From NCBI GenBank assembly GCA_963716475.1, contig OY970314.1, forward strand, positions 74,479 through 138,478: 64,000 bases of DNA. Reading direction: 5' to 3'. Shown here one piece after another: positions 47,385 through 58,399 of the stretch (position 1 is its first letter; each line of letters starts with the position of its first letter). A program made the translations under genes and the position numbers. The notes under the pieces are model-generated. The model had not been told where the DNA came from, did no database searches, and saw nothing but the letters and a program-made list of their open reading frames with translations. This DNA is from Candidatus Woesebacteria bacterium. Its GTDB lineage: Bacteria > Patescibacteriota > Microgenomatia > UBA8517.

Positions 47385-48995
47385 ATGTTTGGGAACCTTT
47401 TCGATAAGATTTTGGGTGGTGAGGAGAATGTTGTTGAAGAGATCAAAAGCGAGGTAGTTGAACAAAAAAGCAATTTGAGTCCTGCCAAGATAAAAAATTT
47501 TCTAAAAAACTCCTGGCAACCACTTCTTGTATTCTTGATAGCTTTAGCTCCAAGACTAATTTTTCTTTTTACACATGACCCGCAAAATGCCGGTATGGAT
47601 TGGTATGGCGATGTCTACCATCATTGGCAAATTGCTTATCTTTCCGGAAAAATAGGGTTTGGCGTTTCCTTTTTGAGACTGTGGGACTTGAAAGGCTTGG
47701 AGTTTTTTTGGGGATTGGGACATCCTTTAGTTTTAAATATACTTTTTTGGTTAACAGGAAGTGTAAGTATAATAATTCCAAGACTTTTATCCGTGGTTTG
47801 CGGCTCACTTGTAGTTTCTTTCATTTTTGTTTTGGTGAAACGCTACTTTAGTCTGCCAACCGCCATTCTGGTTGCTGCCTGGGCGGCATTTTTCTCTGTA
47901 GCTTTATTCTCAGACACTTTGGGCATGCAGGAACAGTTGGGTCTTGTTGCGCTTCTCGGAGGAATAATTGCCTGGCCGGCTGCCCCGTTAGCCACTGGTT
48001 TAGCTTGGTTTTTTGCTTCTACCGTCCGTTCGGAATACTGGCTTTTTGCTTTAGGGCTTTTTCTAGTTGCATTGCTAAGGCACGAAGATAAAGGTTCCGG
48101 AAAGAAGGCCGTTTTAGCCTTGGCTTACCTCCTGCCGATAATTTTTTACATGAAGTACTTATTACAATATACAGGCAACGCCATTTTTCCTATCTACTGG
48201 AATTTTCTGGCATCGGTTATCGGTAAATGGTTTACGAATGTTGACACTCCTTTTACAGCAGAGCAAGTTACGGCAAGACTTATCGGCAAGGGAATATTTG
48301 CCTTAGGTTTTATCGGAACTGTCGTAACTTTCTTTAAAAAACCAAAGGCCAACCTGCTATTTTTAGCTGGGTTTTTAAATATCACTTTTGTAGGTTTTAT
48401 TTTTGGATTTGCTGCCTATACTCATGGATTTTTTGACCGCTTTTGGGTGGACAGACTGTTTGCTTATCCATACGTTTTTGCTGGGATGACGGTTCTTATT
48501 GCTGTTTGCGAATGGCTGCCGAAACTTCTTAAAACCGGTAAAAAAGCTTTCATCGGGATCGGAGTTGTGGTTTTGTTGGTTATTTTGGGTGTGGGACAGC
48601 TGGCATGGGTGAAAATTGATAAATACTGGGCAATAGCACAGGGTCCTTATAAAAATGAATTGGCTGTAGGGGAGTTCTTGGGCAAAAATATCGGCTCCGA
48701 CGGAAAAGTACTTTTCCCGGCGGATCGTCCTGTTTTGACGTATGTTTTGGTATATGACCATAAATTTGACGGGGCAAGAATTGTATCTCAAATGTACGAC
48801 CCTTATTACTATGCAAACGGAGAGGATAAATCGATAATCGAGGAAAAGTTTTTAACTTGGCTTAAGAAGGAAAATATTAAATATATTGTCTATACGAACA
48901 GGGTAGAATACCTGGAGGTGTTTGCCAAATACCCTGGTGAATTTAAGAATATGGGCGATAGTCTCGGAACCTCCCTATATGAAGTTTTTCAATAG
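47385..48995 (+). CDS. polytopic membrane protein, possible GT-C glycosyltransferase
   Basis: 536 aa. About 45-aa soluble N-terminus, then about 13 TM and a C-terminal soluble domain. Confidence 0.5.
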   Translation: MFGNLFDKILGGEENVVEEIKSEVVEQKSNLSPAKIKNFLKNSWQPLLVFLIALAPRLIFLFTHDPQNAGMDWYGDVYHHWQIAYLSGKIGFGVSFLRLWDLKGLEFFWGLGHPLVLNILFWLTGSVSIIIPRLLSVVCGSLVVSFIFVLVKRYFSLPTAILVAAWAAFFSVALFSDTLGMQEQLGLVALLGGIIAWPAAPLATGLAWFFASTVRSEYWLFALGLFLVALLRHEDKGSGKKAVLALAYLLPIIFYMKYLLQYTGNAIFPIYWNFLASVIGKWFTNVDTPFTAEQVTARLIGKGIFALGFIGTVVTFFKKPKANLLFLAGFLNITFVGFIFGFAAYTHGFFDRFWVDRLFAYPYVFAGMTVLIAVCEWLPKLLKTGKKAFIGIGVVVLLVILGVGQLAWVKIDKYWAIAQGPYKNELAVGEFLGKNIGSDGKVLFPADRPVLTYVLVYDHKFDGARIVSQMYDPYYYANGEDKSIIEEKFLTWLKKENIKYIVYTNRVEYLEVFAKYPGEFKNMGDSLGTSLYEVFQ

Positions 48996-49794
48996 CCACG
49001 AAGTTTTTTATCCCTGGCCAAAGGCTCTCAGGGCAAGCGGTTTTAAATATCTTTTTAGACCCAGGGAGGTTTTTTGGTTGGAAAACCTTATACAACTTGG
49101 TTCCCAAAAAGGGCAGAAAGCGTTGGAGGTAGGTTGCGGCCGGGGGGTAACCTTGGATCGGCTTAAGAAGGAATTTGGACTGGATACTTTTGGAGTGGAT
49201 ATTGCGGATGAGGCAATAACTGATGCCAAAAAAGAGTGTTTATTTAAACATGATTTGAGAGTGGGAAGTGCTACCAAACTGCCCTTTGAAGACGATTTTT
49301 TTGATTTGGTTGTGACTTTTGATGTTTTAGAACACATAGAAGATCAAAAGAAAGCAATATCGGAAATGGCCAGGGTAGTTAAAAAAGGGGGAAAGATTCT
49401 TATCTATACTATCAATAAGAACCAAACGGGAACCTGGAATTGGTTGCTCGATAAACTGGGGATAGATGTTTACAAACGATCGGATCATGACCCGAATCTT
49501 TTTTTGGACTCTAAATGGCTTGAAAGAGAATTGACCGGCTGCGGAATTAAGTTGGAAGAAGTTTCCTACTATGATGCTTTTTGGACCCTAGCTGCCAATG
49601 AGATTATTACGGTGTGCTTTATGCTATTCGGCCGAATATTTAATTGGGAAAAAAGCGCTGATTTTGGTAAGATGAAGTTAGGTTTTGCTACCTTATTTTC
49701 GAGATTTGTCGGTTTGATTTTGCGGATTTTGGATTTACCTTGGACAATATTCGGAAAATCTAATGCAGTTTTGGTTTGGGGTTATAAAGAATGA
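48979..49794 (+). CDS. class I SAM-dependent methyltransferase
   Basis: Motif I ALEVGCGRGVTLDRL and FDLVVTFDVLEHIED. Start taken at MKFFNSHE (ATG 48979); the ORF track begins at 48922. Confidence 0.7.
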   Translation: MKFFNSHEVFYPWPKALRASGFKYLFRPREVFWLENLIQLGSQKGQKALEVGCGRGVTLDRLKKEFGLDTFGVDIADEAITDAKKECLFKHDLRVGSATKLPFEDDFFDLVVTFDVLEHIEDQKKAISEMARVVKKGGKILIYTINKNQTGTWNWLLDKLGIDVYKRSDHDPNLFLDSKWLERELTGCGIKLEEVSYYDAFWTLAANEIITVCFMLFGRIFNWEKSADFGKMKLGFATLFSRFVGLILRILDLPWTIFGKSNAVLVWGYKE

Positions 49795-52790
49795 ATAAAG
49801 CTTTTCGGATCATTAAGTATTTAATTGAATTTGGGTTTTTGCTTCTCTGTTTTGGAGTTACCCTTTATGTAACCTATTACTTTGGCTGGATGCTTTTAGT
49901 CAAAGGGCCAATGTCTGGTAATGATATTGCTTCGGCCATGAATAATATTGTCTATTTGGAAAAATGGTTCCCTCCAATTCCCCAATGGAGTTATCTTGGA
50001 AGTGGGGGAATGCCGTTTTTACAAATTTACCCCATTGCTCCTTTTGTTCTGACTTTTTTTCTAGGAAAAGCTATGCATTTTGATGTGCTCCAGATATTTA
50101 AATTTGTTTGCTTCATGAGTTTGCCGTTGGCAGCAACAGGTGTGGCTGCTTTGGGTCGGGTTTTGACCAAAAGCTGGTGGGTAGGTCTTTTGGCCGGGGT
50201 AATCATGCTCATTTCACCGGATTCATGGCTATGGATCACCTACGGGGGATTTTATGCCGTAAATTTTTCCGTTCCGTTTTTTGCTTGGTCTTTAGTCTTT
50301 TTTTGTTTGGCTTTGGAAATGAAGAGTTTTTGGTGGTCGCTGGTTGCTGCTATTTTTTATGGAGTTACCTGGCTGGCACATCCCATGTCGGGAATGCTGG
50401 GCGCTGTGGTCATGGCGTTTTTGGGGATGGGGTACGGATTTAAGAATTATAATTGGAAATTATCCTGGAAATCGGTCTTACAAACAATGGGGATTGGTTT
50501 ACTGGGAATAGGTATTTTTGCCTGGTGGATTGTCCCGTTTTTAACCCGTGAGGATGTGGGTGGAATTTCTCTCGGTGCGGAACAAATGTTCAGAATGACC
50601 TTTTTGGAATTGGCCGGGCTTCAGCTGCCGGAATCGCTTATTTATAACACTTCCACCTTTTACGCCCTCTCTGCAATTATTTTATTTATTTTCGGGTCGG
50701 TTGTTGTATTTTTTAGAAGAAGTATCTTGAGGTGGGCGGTTTTGGCTTGTGGATTGGCAGTTTTTATAATGACGGCGCCCTATTATGCCCAGCCGATTGT
50801 TAAGATTTTCCAACTCTTTTGGGCGGCAACAAATGTGCGTTCAGGTCTGATTCTAAGAATACTGGGTCCGGTTGTGGGCGCATATGGTGCAGTTAGTGTT
50901 GTTAGGCCTTTGTTTTTTGCAGTGGAACATTTTGTTAAGGGGCTGAAAGAAAAAAGTTGGTGGTTCTATCTAACTGAAACTGTAGGAGGTGGGGTTGGAA
51001 TAATAATCTTTTTATTGCTGGTATTTAAAGGTCCGATAATTATCCCTCCCTGGCAGGGTGAAGGAGATAAAAGTTTGGCCTATTCAGGCTACGGACCTTT
51101 AAGAAACTGGTTTTTAACCGTTAGGAAGGATGGAACGCTTTGGGCTGTCTTAACTGATGAAAAAGGCAAAGAAACCATTAAACCTCTGTATAAAAATAGC
51201 CAGGAAATTATTTCAGATTTAACTCACCTGACTTCATTGGTTTTGAAGTCGGAAGAGTCCTATTGGGATCTGGTTCTTAGGGCCATGGTTGAAAAGAGTG
51301 GAGTAACAGAGAAGGACAGAATAGATTTTCCTCCGGGTTGGTCTATAGTTGGGGCGATCGGCAATTATTCCCAAGTCGGCACGGTACAGGCCTACATTGG
51401 CTCGAGCTTAATTCAGCCTATGATAGGCTGGCAGATTGATTGTGTTTTTTACAATAAACTTTGCGGTCCCAAACAAATCGCCGATATCTATAAGTGGTTT
51501 GGTGTGAGCCAAATTTGGATCGGGCAGGGCGATATTCAAAACCCGACGAATTATTTGGCCAGATTTTATAACCAGGATTTTTGTAAATGGGAAAAATTGA
51601 ATCTGGGCTCATTTAGCAAGGAGGAAGAGTCCTTGAATATTTGCCGTATGCCGGAAAATACTTTGGCCAGCATCACCAATAAACCCGCTATTTTGGTTAT
51701 TGGCGACAACCCCCCAAATAATGATGTTTTTGCCTCAGTTTTTAAAGACTTAACCAAAGTTGATTTCGGCTATCAAAACGCATGGAGTGTAAAAGGGAAA
51801 AGATTTATAGACGATTATCCGCTTGAGGAATTACAAAAATTTGAAGGCATATTCCTTTATGGCTATCAATATCACGATAAAACCAAAGCCTGGAATCTTT
51901 TGGATAAATATGTTTCGGGTGGCGGAAATCTATTTATAAATTCCGGATGGCAATATATGTCTCCGGATTGGGGTGCTGTAAAGAATGGAGTTTATCAAGA
52001 ATACCCCTTACCCAATCTGTTTCCTGTGAGTAAAACTACCTGGGGCCAGATTGAAAACGGTAAATGGAACCTAACTCTAGGTTCGCATCAGATTACACAA
52101 GGATTGGATACTACTGATTGGGGGGAGCCCTTATGGGAAGAGAAATATTGGGGTGTAGCCTACGCAAAGAAATCGGATTTAAGAAATGGGGCGACCAGTG
52201 TTCTGGAAAACAATGGGAAAGTATTGATGGCAGTAATGGACCATGGAAAAGGAAAAGTTGCCTGGACGGGTTTCGATTTTTGGGGACACTTGAACATTTA
52301 TCAAGCCGACAGTGAAAGGCAGTTGGTAAAGAATACTTTGACTTGGCTTTTGGGGAATAGCGGTACCGAGACAAAACTTGATTTTACAAGGGTCAGGCCT
52401 GAACTTATTAAGATTAAATTTACAGAATTATCGGGAGAAAATAAATTGATGTTTAAGGAAGTAGCCGATAATCACTGGTCGGCTAGTGCTACTTCTCAGA
52501 ACGGAAAGAAAATCTCTCTACCTATATATAAAGCCGGGCCGGGGTGGAAAATGGTCATAATTCCTTCCTCATTGGGTTCGGGTACTGTTACTTTTAGTTT
52601 TCATAAAAATATGATCCAAATTATTGGCATAATCATCTCGGCAATTAGTATTTGTTTGGTCGTTTTCCTGATTATCCTGAAATATAAAGGCAAGAATTTT
52701 GTTCAAGAAGTCAAGCAAAAGATTTCACTGATTTTTTCAAAAAAATTTAAGGATATCAAAAATAAATGGGAGGATGATACCGATGCGTAA
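49791..52790 (+). CDS. large membrane protein: N-terminal about 12-TM domain + about 500-aa extracytoplasmic domain + C-terminal TM (YfhO-like architecture)
   Basis: 999 aa. Paralogous to 52774-55557 (e.g. DHGKGKVAWTGFDFWGHL vs NIGKGKVVWSGANFFYR). Confidence 0.6.
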   Translation: MNKAFRIIKYLIEFGFLLLCFGVTLYVTYYFGWMLLVKGPMSGNDIASAMNNIVYLEKWFPPIPQWSYLGSGGMPFLQIYPIAPFVLTFFLGKAMHFDVLQIFKFVCFMSLPLAATGVAALGRVLTKSWWVGLLAGVIMLISPDSWLWITYGGFYAVNFSVPFFAWSLVFFCLALEMKSFWWSLVAAIFYGVTWLAHPMSGMLGAVVMAFLGMGYGFKNYNWKLSWKSVLQTMGIGLLGIGIFAWWIVPFLTREDVGGISLGAEQMFRMTFLELAGLQLPESLIYNTSTFYALSAIILFIFGSVVVFFRRSILRWAVLACGLAVFIMTAPYYAQPIVKIFQLFWAATNVRSGLILRILGPVVGAYGAVSVVRPLFFAVEHFVKGLKEKSWWFYLTETVGGGVGIIIFLLLVFKGPIIIPPWQGEGDKSLAYSGYGPLRNWFLTVRKDGTLWAVLTDEKGKETIKPLYKNSQEIISDLTHLTSLVLKSEESYWDLVLRAMVEKSGVTEKDRIDFPPGWSIVGAIGNYSQVGTVQAYIGSSLIQPMIGWQIDCVFYNKLCGPKQIADIYKWFGVSQIWIGQGDIQNPTNYLARFYNQDFCKWEKLNLGSFSKEEESLNICRMPENTLASITNKPAILVIGDNPPNNDVFASVFKDLTKVDFGYQNAWSVKGKRFIDDYPLEELQKFEGIFLYGYQYHDKTKAWNLLDKYVSGGGNLFINSGWQYMSPDWGAVKNGVYQEYPLPNLFPVSKTTWGQIENGKWNLTLGSHQITQGLDTTDWGEPLWEEKYWGVAYAKKSDLRNGATSVLENNGKVLMAVMDHGKGKVAWTGFDFWGHLNIYQADSERQLVKNTLTWLLGNSGTETKLDFTRVRPELIKIKFTELSGENKLMFKEVADNHWSASATSQNGKKISLPIYKAGPGWKMVIIPSSLGSGTVTFSFHKNMIQIIGIIISAISICLVVFLIILKYKGKNFVQEVKQKISLIFSKKFKDIKNKWEDDTDA

Positions 52791-55557
52791 ACTTTGGAAG
52801 ATTTTAGGGGCTATTGGAGTAGTCATCTTGTCCCTGGCGGCGATTGGAATAACCGGCGCTTTTCTTTTTACACAAGTTAAAGATTGGATTTTTCTTCCTA
52901 AATTTGTCGGAACCGATACCTCGCAGTATATCCACATGGTTTTCTACTATATAAAGAATCCGCATTTCATCGTAGACGCATGGGACCACGTCTGGTTCAA
53001 CGGAGTTCCCAGATTAATTGATACCTCATGGATTCACTATACTCTGATAGCAACCTTTGCAAGATATTTTGGTGTCTATCAGGTTCTTAAAATTTATCCT
53101 GTTATTACTTTCTTTCTTGGAGCTGTGTTTGTTTATCTTTTTTTCTATGAAATTTCCAGAAGTATTTTGGTATCCCTTGCCTTAAGCATTTCTTTCGTTC
53201 TGGGGAAGGGATATTATACGGCTCTTTTTGAAAACGGCGTTGTAATATCCACCATGTCGCAGATGTTTCTCCCCATGCAGCTTTACTTTTTGGCAAGGTT
53301 TGTCAAAAGAGGCAATTACAAAAACCTTATTCTGGCATCAATAGTGAGCTCAATAGGCATGGGCGGGCACGTTTTGCTCATGCTCGTGTTTGGTGTGATT
53401 CCCTCGCTTATTTTTCTGCTTTTTAGTAACAGCAAAGGGAAGCATATATGGAGTATTTTCAGTAAAGAGGCTTTTTTAAATACATTTTTATTTGGTTTCT
53501 TAACATTACTTTTAGGTGCCGTTAGTCTTTGGCCGTATTTGGATTTGCTGTTTAGTGGTGGCGCTGCTATTCAGTGGAGGGCGGGATATTTAATTAGTGA
53601 TCCAAAGACCTGGGGGATAATGATGGATCTGAACAATCCCGGAAGCGGTATTGGTTTGGCGGCCGCAGTAATTATCGCCATACCCTTTATCATTTTCAAA
53701 AGGAGGCTGGATAAGGCTTTTGGGTCAATTTTTGCATTATTTATTTGGTATACGCTTTGGATGATTTCCTACACAGTAGTCGGCAATCTTTTTTTCCTTG
53801 TAATGTTTCCCGGTAGAATATATTGGATTTGGTCTTTGGTTTTGGGAGGTATGACTTCTGTTTTGGTGGCGTCAATGGATTTTGATGCAGAAGCGGGCGG
53901 TGTTGTTAAGAAGATTGGAAAATTTGCCATTGCCAACTTTAGCAAGATTGTGGTTGCGGGTGTAATTCTTTATGCAACTTTTATACCGTTTAGAGAAGAT
54001 CTGAGTCCATTTTTAAGTCAACTCAATATCCCCGCGAAATGGGAAACGGTAGATATAGTCAAACAAACCGAACAAAATGTTAGCTTCATACTCTCGCATA
54101 TTGATAACAGCAATACTAATCAGAGATTATGGACCCACAACTCGTTTATAAATCTTTCCTGGATACCCGTCTCAAATGTTCCTTTGTCTGAAGGCTATGC
54201 ACACTTTTGGACCCGCTACTCCAGACTTTGGGAAGGGTGGTTCTACGGGACGGTTTCCGCATCGAATTGGCAAAGTCAGGAGATACCCAGAGACATGGCC
54301 ACAGAGCAGTCCTTATTTTTCATTGATTGGTATGGAATTAAATATTTGTCAGCCCAGAAAAATGTAGGCGCGGAATGGGATGTTGCCGATCATTTCTATA
54401 TCAAATCCGATTATGTTGAAAGTATTGCATTAAATGATGCGGGGCTGAGCGTGATTACTATTTCTCCCGACTATACGTCGCCCATCGTTTCGTCAGTTAA
54501 TACCCCGGTTGTTGGATTTGTGGGTAGCGATGACTCGTATATGTCTTTTGTAAAAGATGTTGCGGTCCTGAACTTAAACACTTCCTACATGATTCCTGTG
54601 AGATTATCGAATACATTGTCCGAGCTTAGCAACGATAAATTGAAATACATGGACGCATTGGTTATTTATGATTATAAAAATGGATTATTTGGAAATTTAA
54701 AGTGGAGTGAAATTGAAAATTTTGTAAATAGGGGGGGCAAAGTCTGGATTGAAACAGGAGGGAATTCGATACTAAGTCAAAGCGGAAATCTTCCTAAAAT
54801 ATTTCCTATCTCCCGAAACAGTTATGGTTCACTAGGTGAAGAATGGGTGGCGGGGGGAGATATAGCAGGTAAAGTTGACTTTTCCCTGATGTCGAAACTT
54901 ATTTTCAAAGGAACTCCTTGGAAGTTATCATATGCTTCAACAAGTGATTTAAGAGAAGGAGCAAATGTACTTTTGACACAAAAGGGTAATCCTATTGCTG
55001 TATCTCAGAATATAGGGAAAGGCAAAGTAGTTTGGAGCGGAGCCAATTTTTTCTACAGACCCGAGGAATATAGACAAAATGGAATGAATGAAGTAAAACC
55101 GATAAATTTATTATTCCATGATTTATTGGGTGATCTTCCTAAAATCAAAATCGATTCTAAAGTAACCATGTCCACCCCGGAAAAGATAACTCTTACAGGA
55201 GTAAATTTATCAGGAGTAGTTCTCAAAGAAAATCATTGGCCGGGTTGGGTGGCAAAAGTAAATGCCGCAGGTAAAAATTATTCCGTTCCGGTTTTTTCCG
55301 CAGGGCCGGAATTAATGTATATTCCCATACCCAGGGAGGTCAGAAACGGTAATATAAGTGTAAATATGGATTATTTGGGCAGTCCGATAAATTGGATGGG
55401 GTTTGTAGTAACCGTATTTTCCTTAATTGCCTGTATAATTTATCTCTTATTTGGTAATATATTTCATATTAAACTTGGAGGTAAGGTGACTTCCTACTTG
55501 GATGCGAAAAAATATATATCCAAAATTTCCGGCTGGTGGGGGAAAGAGGATGAGTAA
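52774..55557 (+). CDS. large membrane protein, paralogue of the preceding gene (YfhO-like architecture)
   Basis: 927 aa. Same architecture and shared C-terminal-domain motifs. Alternative ATG at 52783 overlaps the upstream stop. Confidence 0.6.
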   Translation: MIPMRKLWKILGAIGVVILSLAAIGITGAFLFTQVKDWIFLPKFVGTDTSQYIHMVFYYIKNPHFIVDAWDHVWFNGVPRLIDTSWIHYTLIATFARYFGVYQVLKIYPVITFFLGAVFVYLFFYEISRSILVSLALSISFVLGKGYYTALFENGVVISTMSQMFLPMQLYFLARFVKRGNYKNLILASIVSSIGMGGHVLLMLVFGVIPSLIFLLFSNSKGKHIWSIFSKEAFLNTFLFGFLTLLLGAVSLWPYLDLLFSGGAAIQWRAGYLISDPKTWGIMMDLNNPGSGIGLAAAVIIAIPFIIFKRRLDKAFGSIFALFIWYTLWMISYTVVGNLFFLVMFPGRIYWIWSLVLGGMTSVLVASMDFDAEAGGVVKKIGKFAIANFSKIVVAGVILYATFIPFREDLSPFLSQLNIPAKWETVDIVKQTEQNVSFILSHIDNSNTNQRLWTHNSFINLSWIPVSNVPLSEGYAHFWTRYSRLWEGWFYGTVSASNWQSQEIPRDMATEQSLFFIDWYGIKYLSAQKNVGAEWDVADHFYIKSDYVESIALNDAGLSVITISPDYTSPIVSSVNTPVVGFVGSDDSYMSFVKDVAVLNLNTSYMIPVRLSNTLSELSNDKLKYMDALVIYDYKNGLFGNLKWSEIENFVNRGGKVWIETGGNSILSQSGNLPKIFPISRNSYGSLGEEWVAGGDIAGKVDFSLMSKLIFKGTPWKLSYASTSDLREGANVLLTQKGNPIAVSQNIGKGKVVWSGANFFYRPEEYRQNGMNEVKPINLLFHDLLGDLPKIKIDSKVTMSTPEKITLTGVNLSGVVLKENHWPGWVAKVNAAGKNYSVPVFSAGPELMYIPIPREVRNGNISVNMDYLGSPINWMGFVVTVFSLIACIIYLLFGNIFHIKLGGKVTSYLDAKKYISKISGWWGKEDE

Positions 55558-57009
55558 ATGAAAATTGCTTTCTGTTATCCTCCATTCACAAAAAATGGAC
55601 GCTATCCTAACCTGCCTCAAAATCGCCAATTTATCTATGAGGCTTCAAATGAGGTAAAAATCTACCCCGTGGTTCTTGCAACAGCAGCTACATGGTTAAA
55701 AAATTTAGGCCACGAAGTTCTTTGGCTGGACGGAGTGACAAGGCGTTTAAAAATGACCGAATTTAATTCGAAGCTAAATAAGTTTAAACCGGATATAGTT
55801 ATATTGGAGTGCAAAGCCCCGATCATGAATAAAATTTGGAACTTTATTAATAAAAATAAATTTCCAAAATCAGTTATATTGGGAGATCATGTAAGTTTTT
55901 TTCCTGAGGAGTCATTTAAAAAGTCCAAGGTAGATTATATTTTGACAGGTGGCGATTACGACTTTCTTATTAAAGATTTAGTGGAACACATTACTAAAGG
56001 TAAGCGATTAGGAAAAGGTGTTTGGTATAGGGAAGAAGGAAGAATAAAAAACACGGGGGAATTTGTTCCCAATAACGACCTTAATGAAGTACCTGTTATA
56101 GACAGAGAGCTTACAAGATGGAAGGACTATGGAGAGGCATACTTGTATCGCCCCTGCGCTTATATTATGTCAGGGAGAGGCTGCGGAATAGACAAGGAAA
56201 AATGTGGCATCTGCACTTTCTGTATATGGGAACACGCACTTTGGAAAAGGCAGGCAAGGCTTGCGATGCCGGAACAGGTTTTGAAAGAAGTAAAAAATCT
56301 TGCGAGCTTGGGTGTAAAAGAAATATTTGATGATTGCGAAAGCGGGGGGATGTGGAATATTGAATGGCTGAAAAGGTTTTATGAACTTCTCAAAAAGGAA
56401 AAACTTTTGGGTAAAGTTACGTTCTCCTCTAATGCAAGAGGAGACCAGCTTACCAAAGAAAAATGTAAACTTCTCAAAAAAATGAATTACAGACTACTTA
56501 AAGTGGGTTTGGAATCAGGTTCAAACAAAACTTTGGAACAAATTGCCAAAAGAGAAGTAATTGAAGATATCATTAAAGGTGTAAAAACGGCAAAAGATGC
56601 TGGTTTAAGAGTAATGCTTACGATAATGGTAGGTTATCCATGGGAGACGGAGGAAGAAGTGCAAATAACCTACGAGATCACCAAGAAACTGTTGCTTTAT
56701 AAAACCAGAGCGGGAGATTGTCTGCAATCGTCGGTAATTGTTTCCTACCCCGGGACGCCGCTTTGGAATATGGCAAAAACCAATAAATGGTTGAAAATTA
56801 ACCCTCTGGATTACGAGAAATACGATATGTCCAGGCCTATTCTTAAATCAAAATACAATCCCGTTAAATGGTGTCAAAAAATATGGTCGATTCAGAGTAG
56901 CCCATTGTTTATTGCTAAATCTGCAATTGGTATGAACAGCTTTCAGGACATGGCTCTTCTGGCACGAGGTGCAAAGTCTCTCGTAGGGCATATAATGGAT
57001 TTTTCATAA
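55558..57009 (+). CDS. B12-binding domain radical SAM protein (paralogue 1, atypical Cys cluster)
   Basis: 483 aa. N-terminal cobalamin-binding-like Rossmann segment. Cys cluster SGRGCGIDKEKCGICTFC. Paralogous to the next two rSAM genes. Confidence 0.65.
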   Translation: MKIAFCYPPFTKNGRYPNLPQNRQFIYEASNEVKIYPVVLATAATWLKNLGHEVLWLDGVTRRLKMTEFNSKLNKFKPDIVILECKAPIMNKIWNFINKNKFPKSVILGDHVSFFPEESFKKSKVDYILTGGDYDFLIKDLVEHITKGKRLGKGVWYREEGRIKNTGEFVPNNDLNEVPVIDRELTRWKDYGEAYLYRPCAYIMSGRGCGIDKEKCGICTFCIWEHALWKRQARLAMPEQVLKEVKNLASLGVKEIFDDCESGGMWNIEWLKRFYELLKKEKLLGKVTFSSNARGDQLTKEKCKLLKKMNYRLLKVGLESGSNKTLEQIAKREVIEDIIKGVKTAKDAGLRVMLTIMVGYPWETEEEVQITYEITKKLLLYKTRAGDCLQSSVIVSYPGTPLWNMAKTNKWLKINPLDYEKYDMSRPILKSKYNPVKWCQKIWSIQSSPLFIAKSAIGMNSFQDMALLARGAKSLVGHIMDFS

Positions 57010-57026
57010 GGTTTATTTTTAATTAA

Positions 57027-58397
57027 ATGAAAATTGTATTGGTTCATTCTGCTCAAAAAGCCTGGACAAAAGCTGCCCTAATACCTTTAGGTATTGGATA
57101 TATTGCCTCGTATTTGGAAAAAAATGGCTTTGACGATATCAGGATAGTTGATTATAGTGTTGAACGTAAAGCCAGGCTCCCTAAGGCCGATGTGGTTGGA
57201 ATATCCGCAACCACGGCATCAATAAAATCTGCCTGGAATTTTGCTAAAAAAGCAAAAAAAATGGGGGCTATTACTATAATTGGAGGAACTCATGCCTCAG
57301 CCTTACCGGAAGAGACAATACGGTTACCATATGTTGATATTGTTTGTATTGGAGAAGGTGAGCAAACAATGCTCGAGATATGCCGAATGATTAAATCAGG
57401 TAAAAATTCTTTTGAGAAGATTAAGGGTATTTGCTACAAAAAGAATGGGAAAATATTCTTTAACAAGCCACGGCCTTTTATTTCAGATTTAGATAGTCTT
57501 CCTTTTCCTGCCTATCATTTATTTAAGCTCCCGCTGTATTCAACTGCGCAACCCCTCGTTTCGTTCCGCAAACCTGTTGCCAATCTGGTTACATCCAGAG
57601 GCTGTCCATTTGGCTGCAATTTTTGTTATAAAGGTACCTTTGGTCGCACCTGGAGGCCCAGAAGTATAGAAAATGTTCTTGCTGAGTGGGAGTATTTAGT
57701 TAAAGAAGTTAAAGTATCCGAAATAGCTATGGTGGATGATGCCTTTAACTTGGACGTGAACCGTGCTATTAAAATTTGTAAGGAAATTAAAAAAAGAAAC
57801 CTAGTAATTCCCTGGAGATCCTCAAGTGGCATAAGAGCTGATCGTTCCTCTAAAAAATTATTAAAAATTATGAAAGAAGCTGGATGTTTTCATCTGGCTT
57901 TTGGAGTTGAATCTGGCGTGCAAAAAGTATTGGATGAGATTATTCATAAACAGCTTAAATTAAGTAGTGTAAAAAAGGCCTTTAAAATGTGCCGAGAGTT
58001 AGGCATTACATCGTGGGCATTTTTTATGATTGGAAATGTTGGTGAAACGTTAAAGAATGTACAAAAAACCATCGATTTTGCAATAAAACTGGACCCGGAC
58101 TTTGCCCAGTTTACTGTAGCAACGCCATTTCCCGGTACCTCTCTTTATCAGTTGGTCACCAAGGGTGGACAATTAAAAGTTAAGGACTGGGATAAATTTT
58201 ATATGTTTGGAAATAAAGGTTATTTTAACAATAATCTTAAAGCAGGAGACATAGAGCGATTAACTACCCACGCATATAGAAAATTCTATCTTAGACCGAA
58301 AGTTGTTTTTAGATTATTTAGGCGAAAGCAAACTTATTTGGCTTTATCGAATGTAATATCCGGAGCTTTTCACTATTTTTTTAATTACAACTTTTAA
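57027..58397 (+). CDS. B12-binding domain radical SAM protein (paralogue 2)
   Basis: 456 aa. N-terminal B12-binding-like domain. Canonical CxxxCxxC (TSRGCPFGCNFCYKG). Confidence 0.8.
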   Translation: MKIVLVHSAQKAWTKAALIPLGIGYIASYLEKNGFDDIRIVDYSVERKARLPKADVVGISATTASIKSAWNFAKKAKKMGAITIIGGTHASALPEETIRLPYVDIVCIGEGEQTMLEICRMIKSGKNSFEKIKGICYKKNGKIFFNKPRPFISDLDSLPFPAYHLFKLPLYSTAQPLVSFRKPVANLVTSRGCPFGCNFCYKGTFGRTWRPRSIENVLAEWEYLVKEVKVSEIAMVDDAFNLDVNRAIKICKEIKKRNLVIPWRSSSGIRADRSSKKLLKIMKEAGCFHLAFGVESGVQKVLDEIIHKQLKLSSVKKAFKMCRELGITSWAFFMIGNVGETLKNVQKTIDFAIKLDPDFAQFTVATPFPGTSLYQLVTKGGQLKVKDWDKFYMFGNKGYFNNNLKAGDIERLTTHAYRKFYLRPKVVFRLFRRKQTYLALSNVISGAFHYFFNYNF

Positions 58398-58399
58398 TC

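Noticed and set aside
55558-57009. Possible pseudogene status of the first B12-rSAM paralogue because its Cys cluster (CGIDKEKCGICTFC) is not the canonical CxxxCxxC
   Set aside because: The ORF is full-length (483 aa) and in frame, and non-canonical Cys spacings are known in the radical SAM superfamily, so it is kept as a CDS with reduced confidence.
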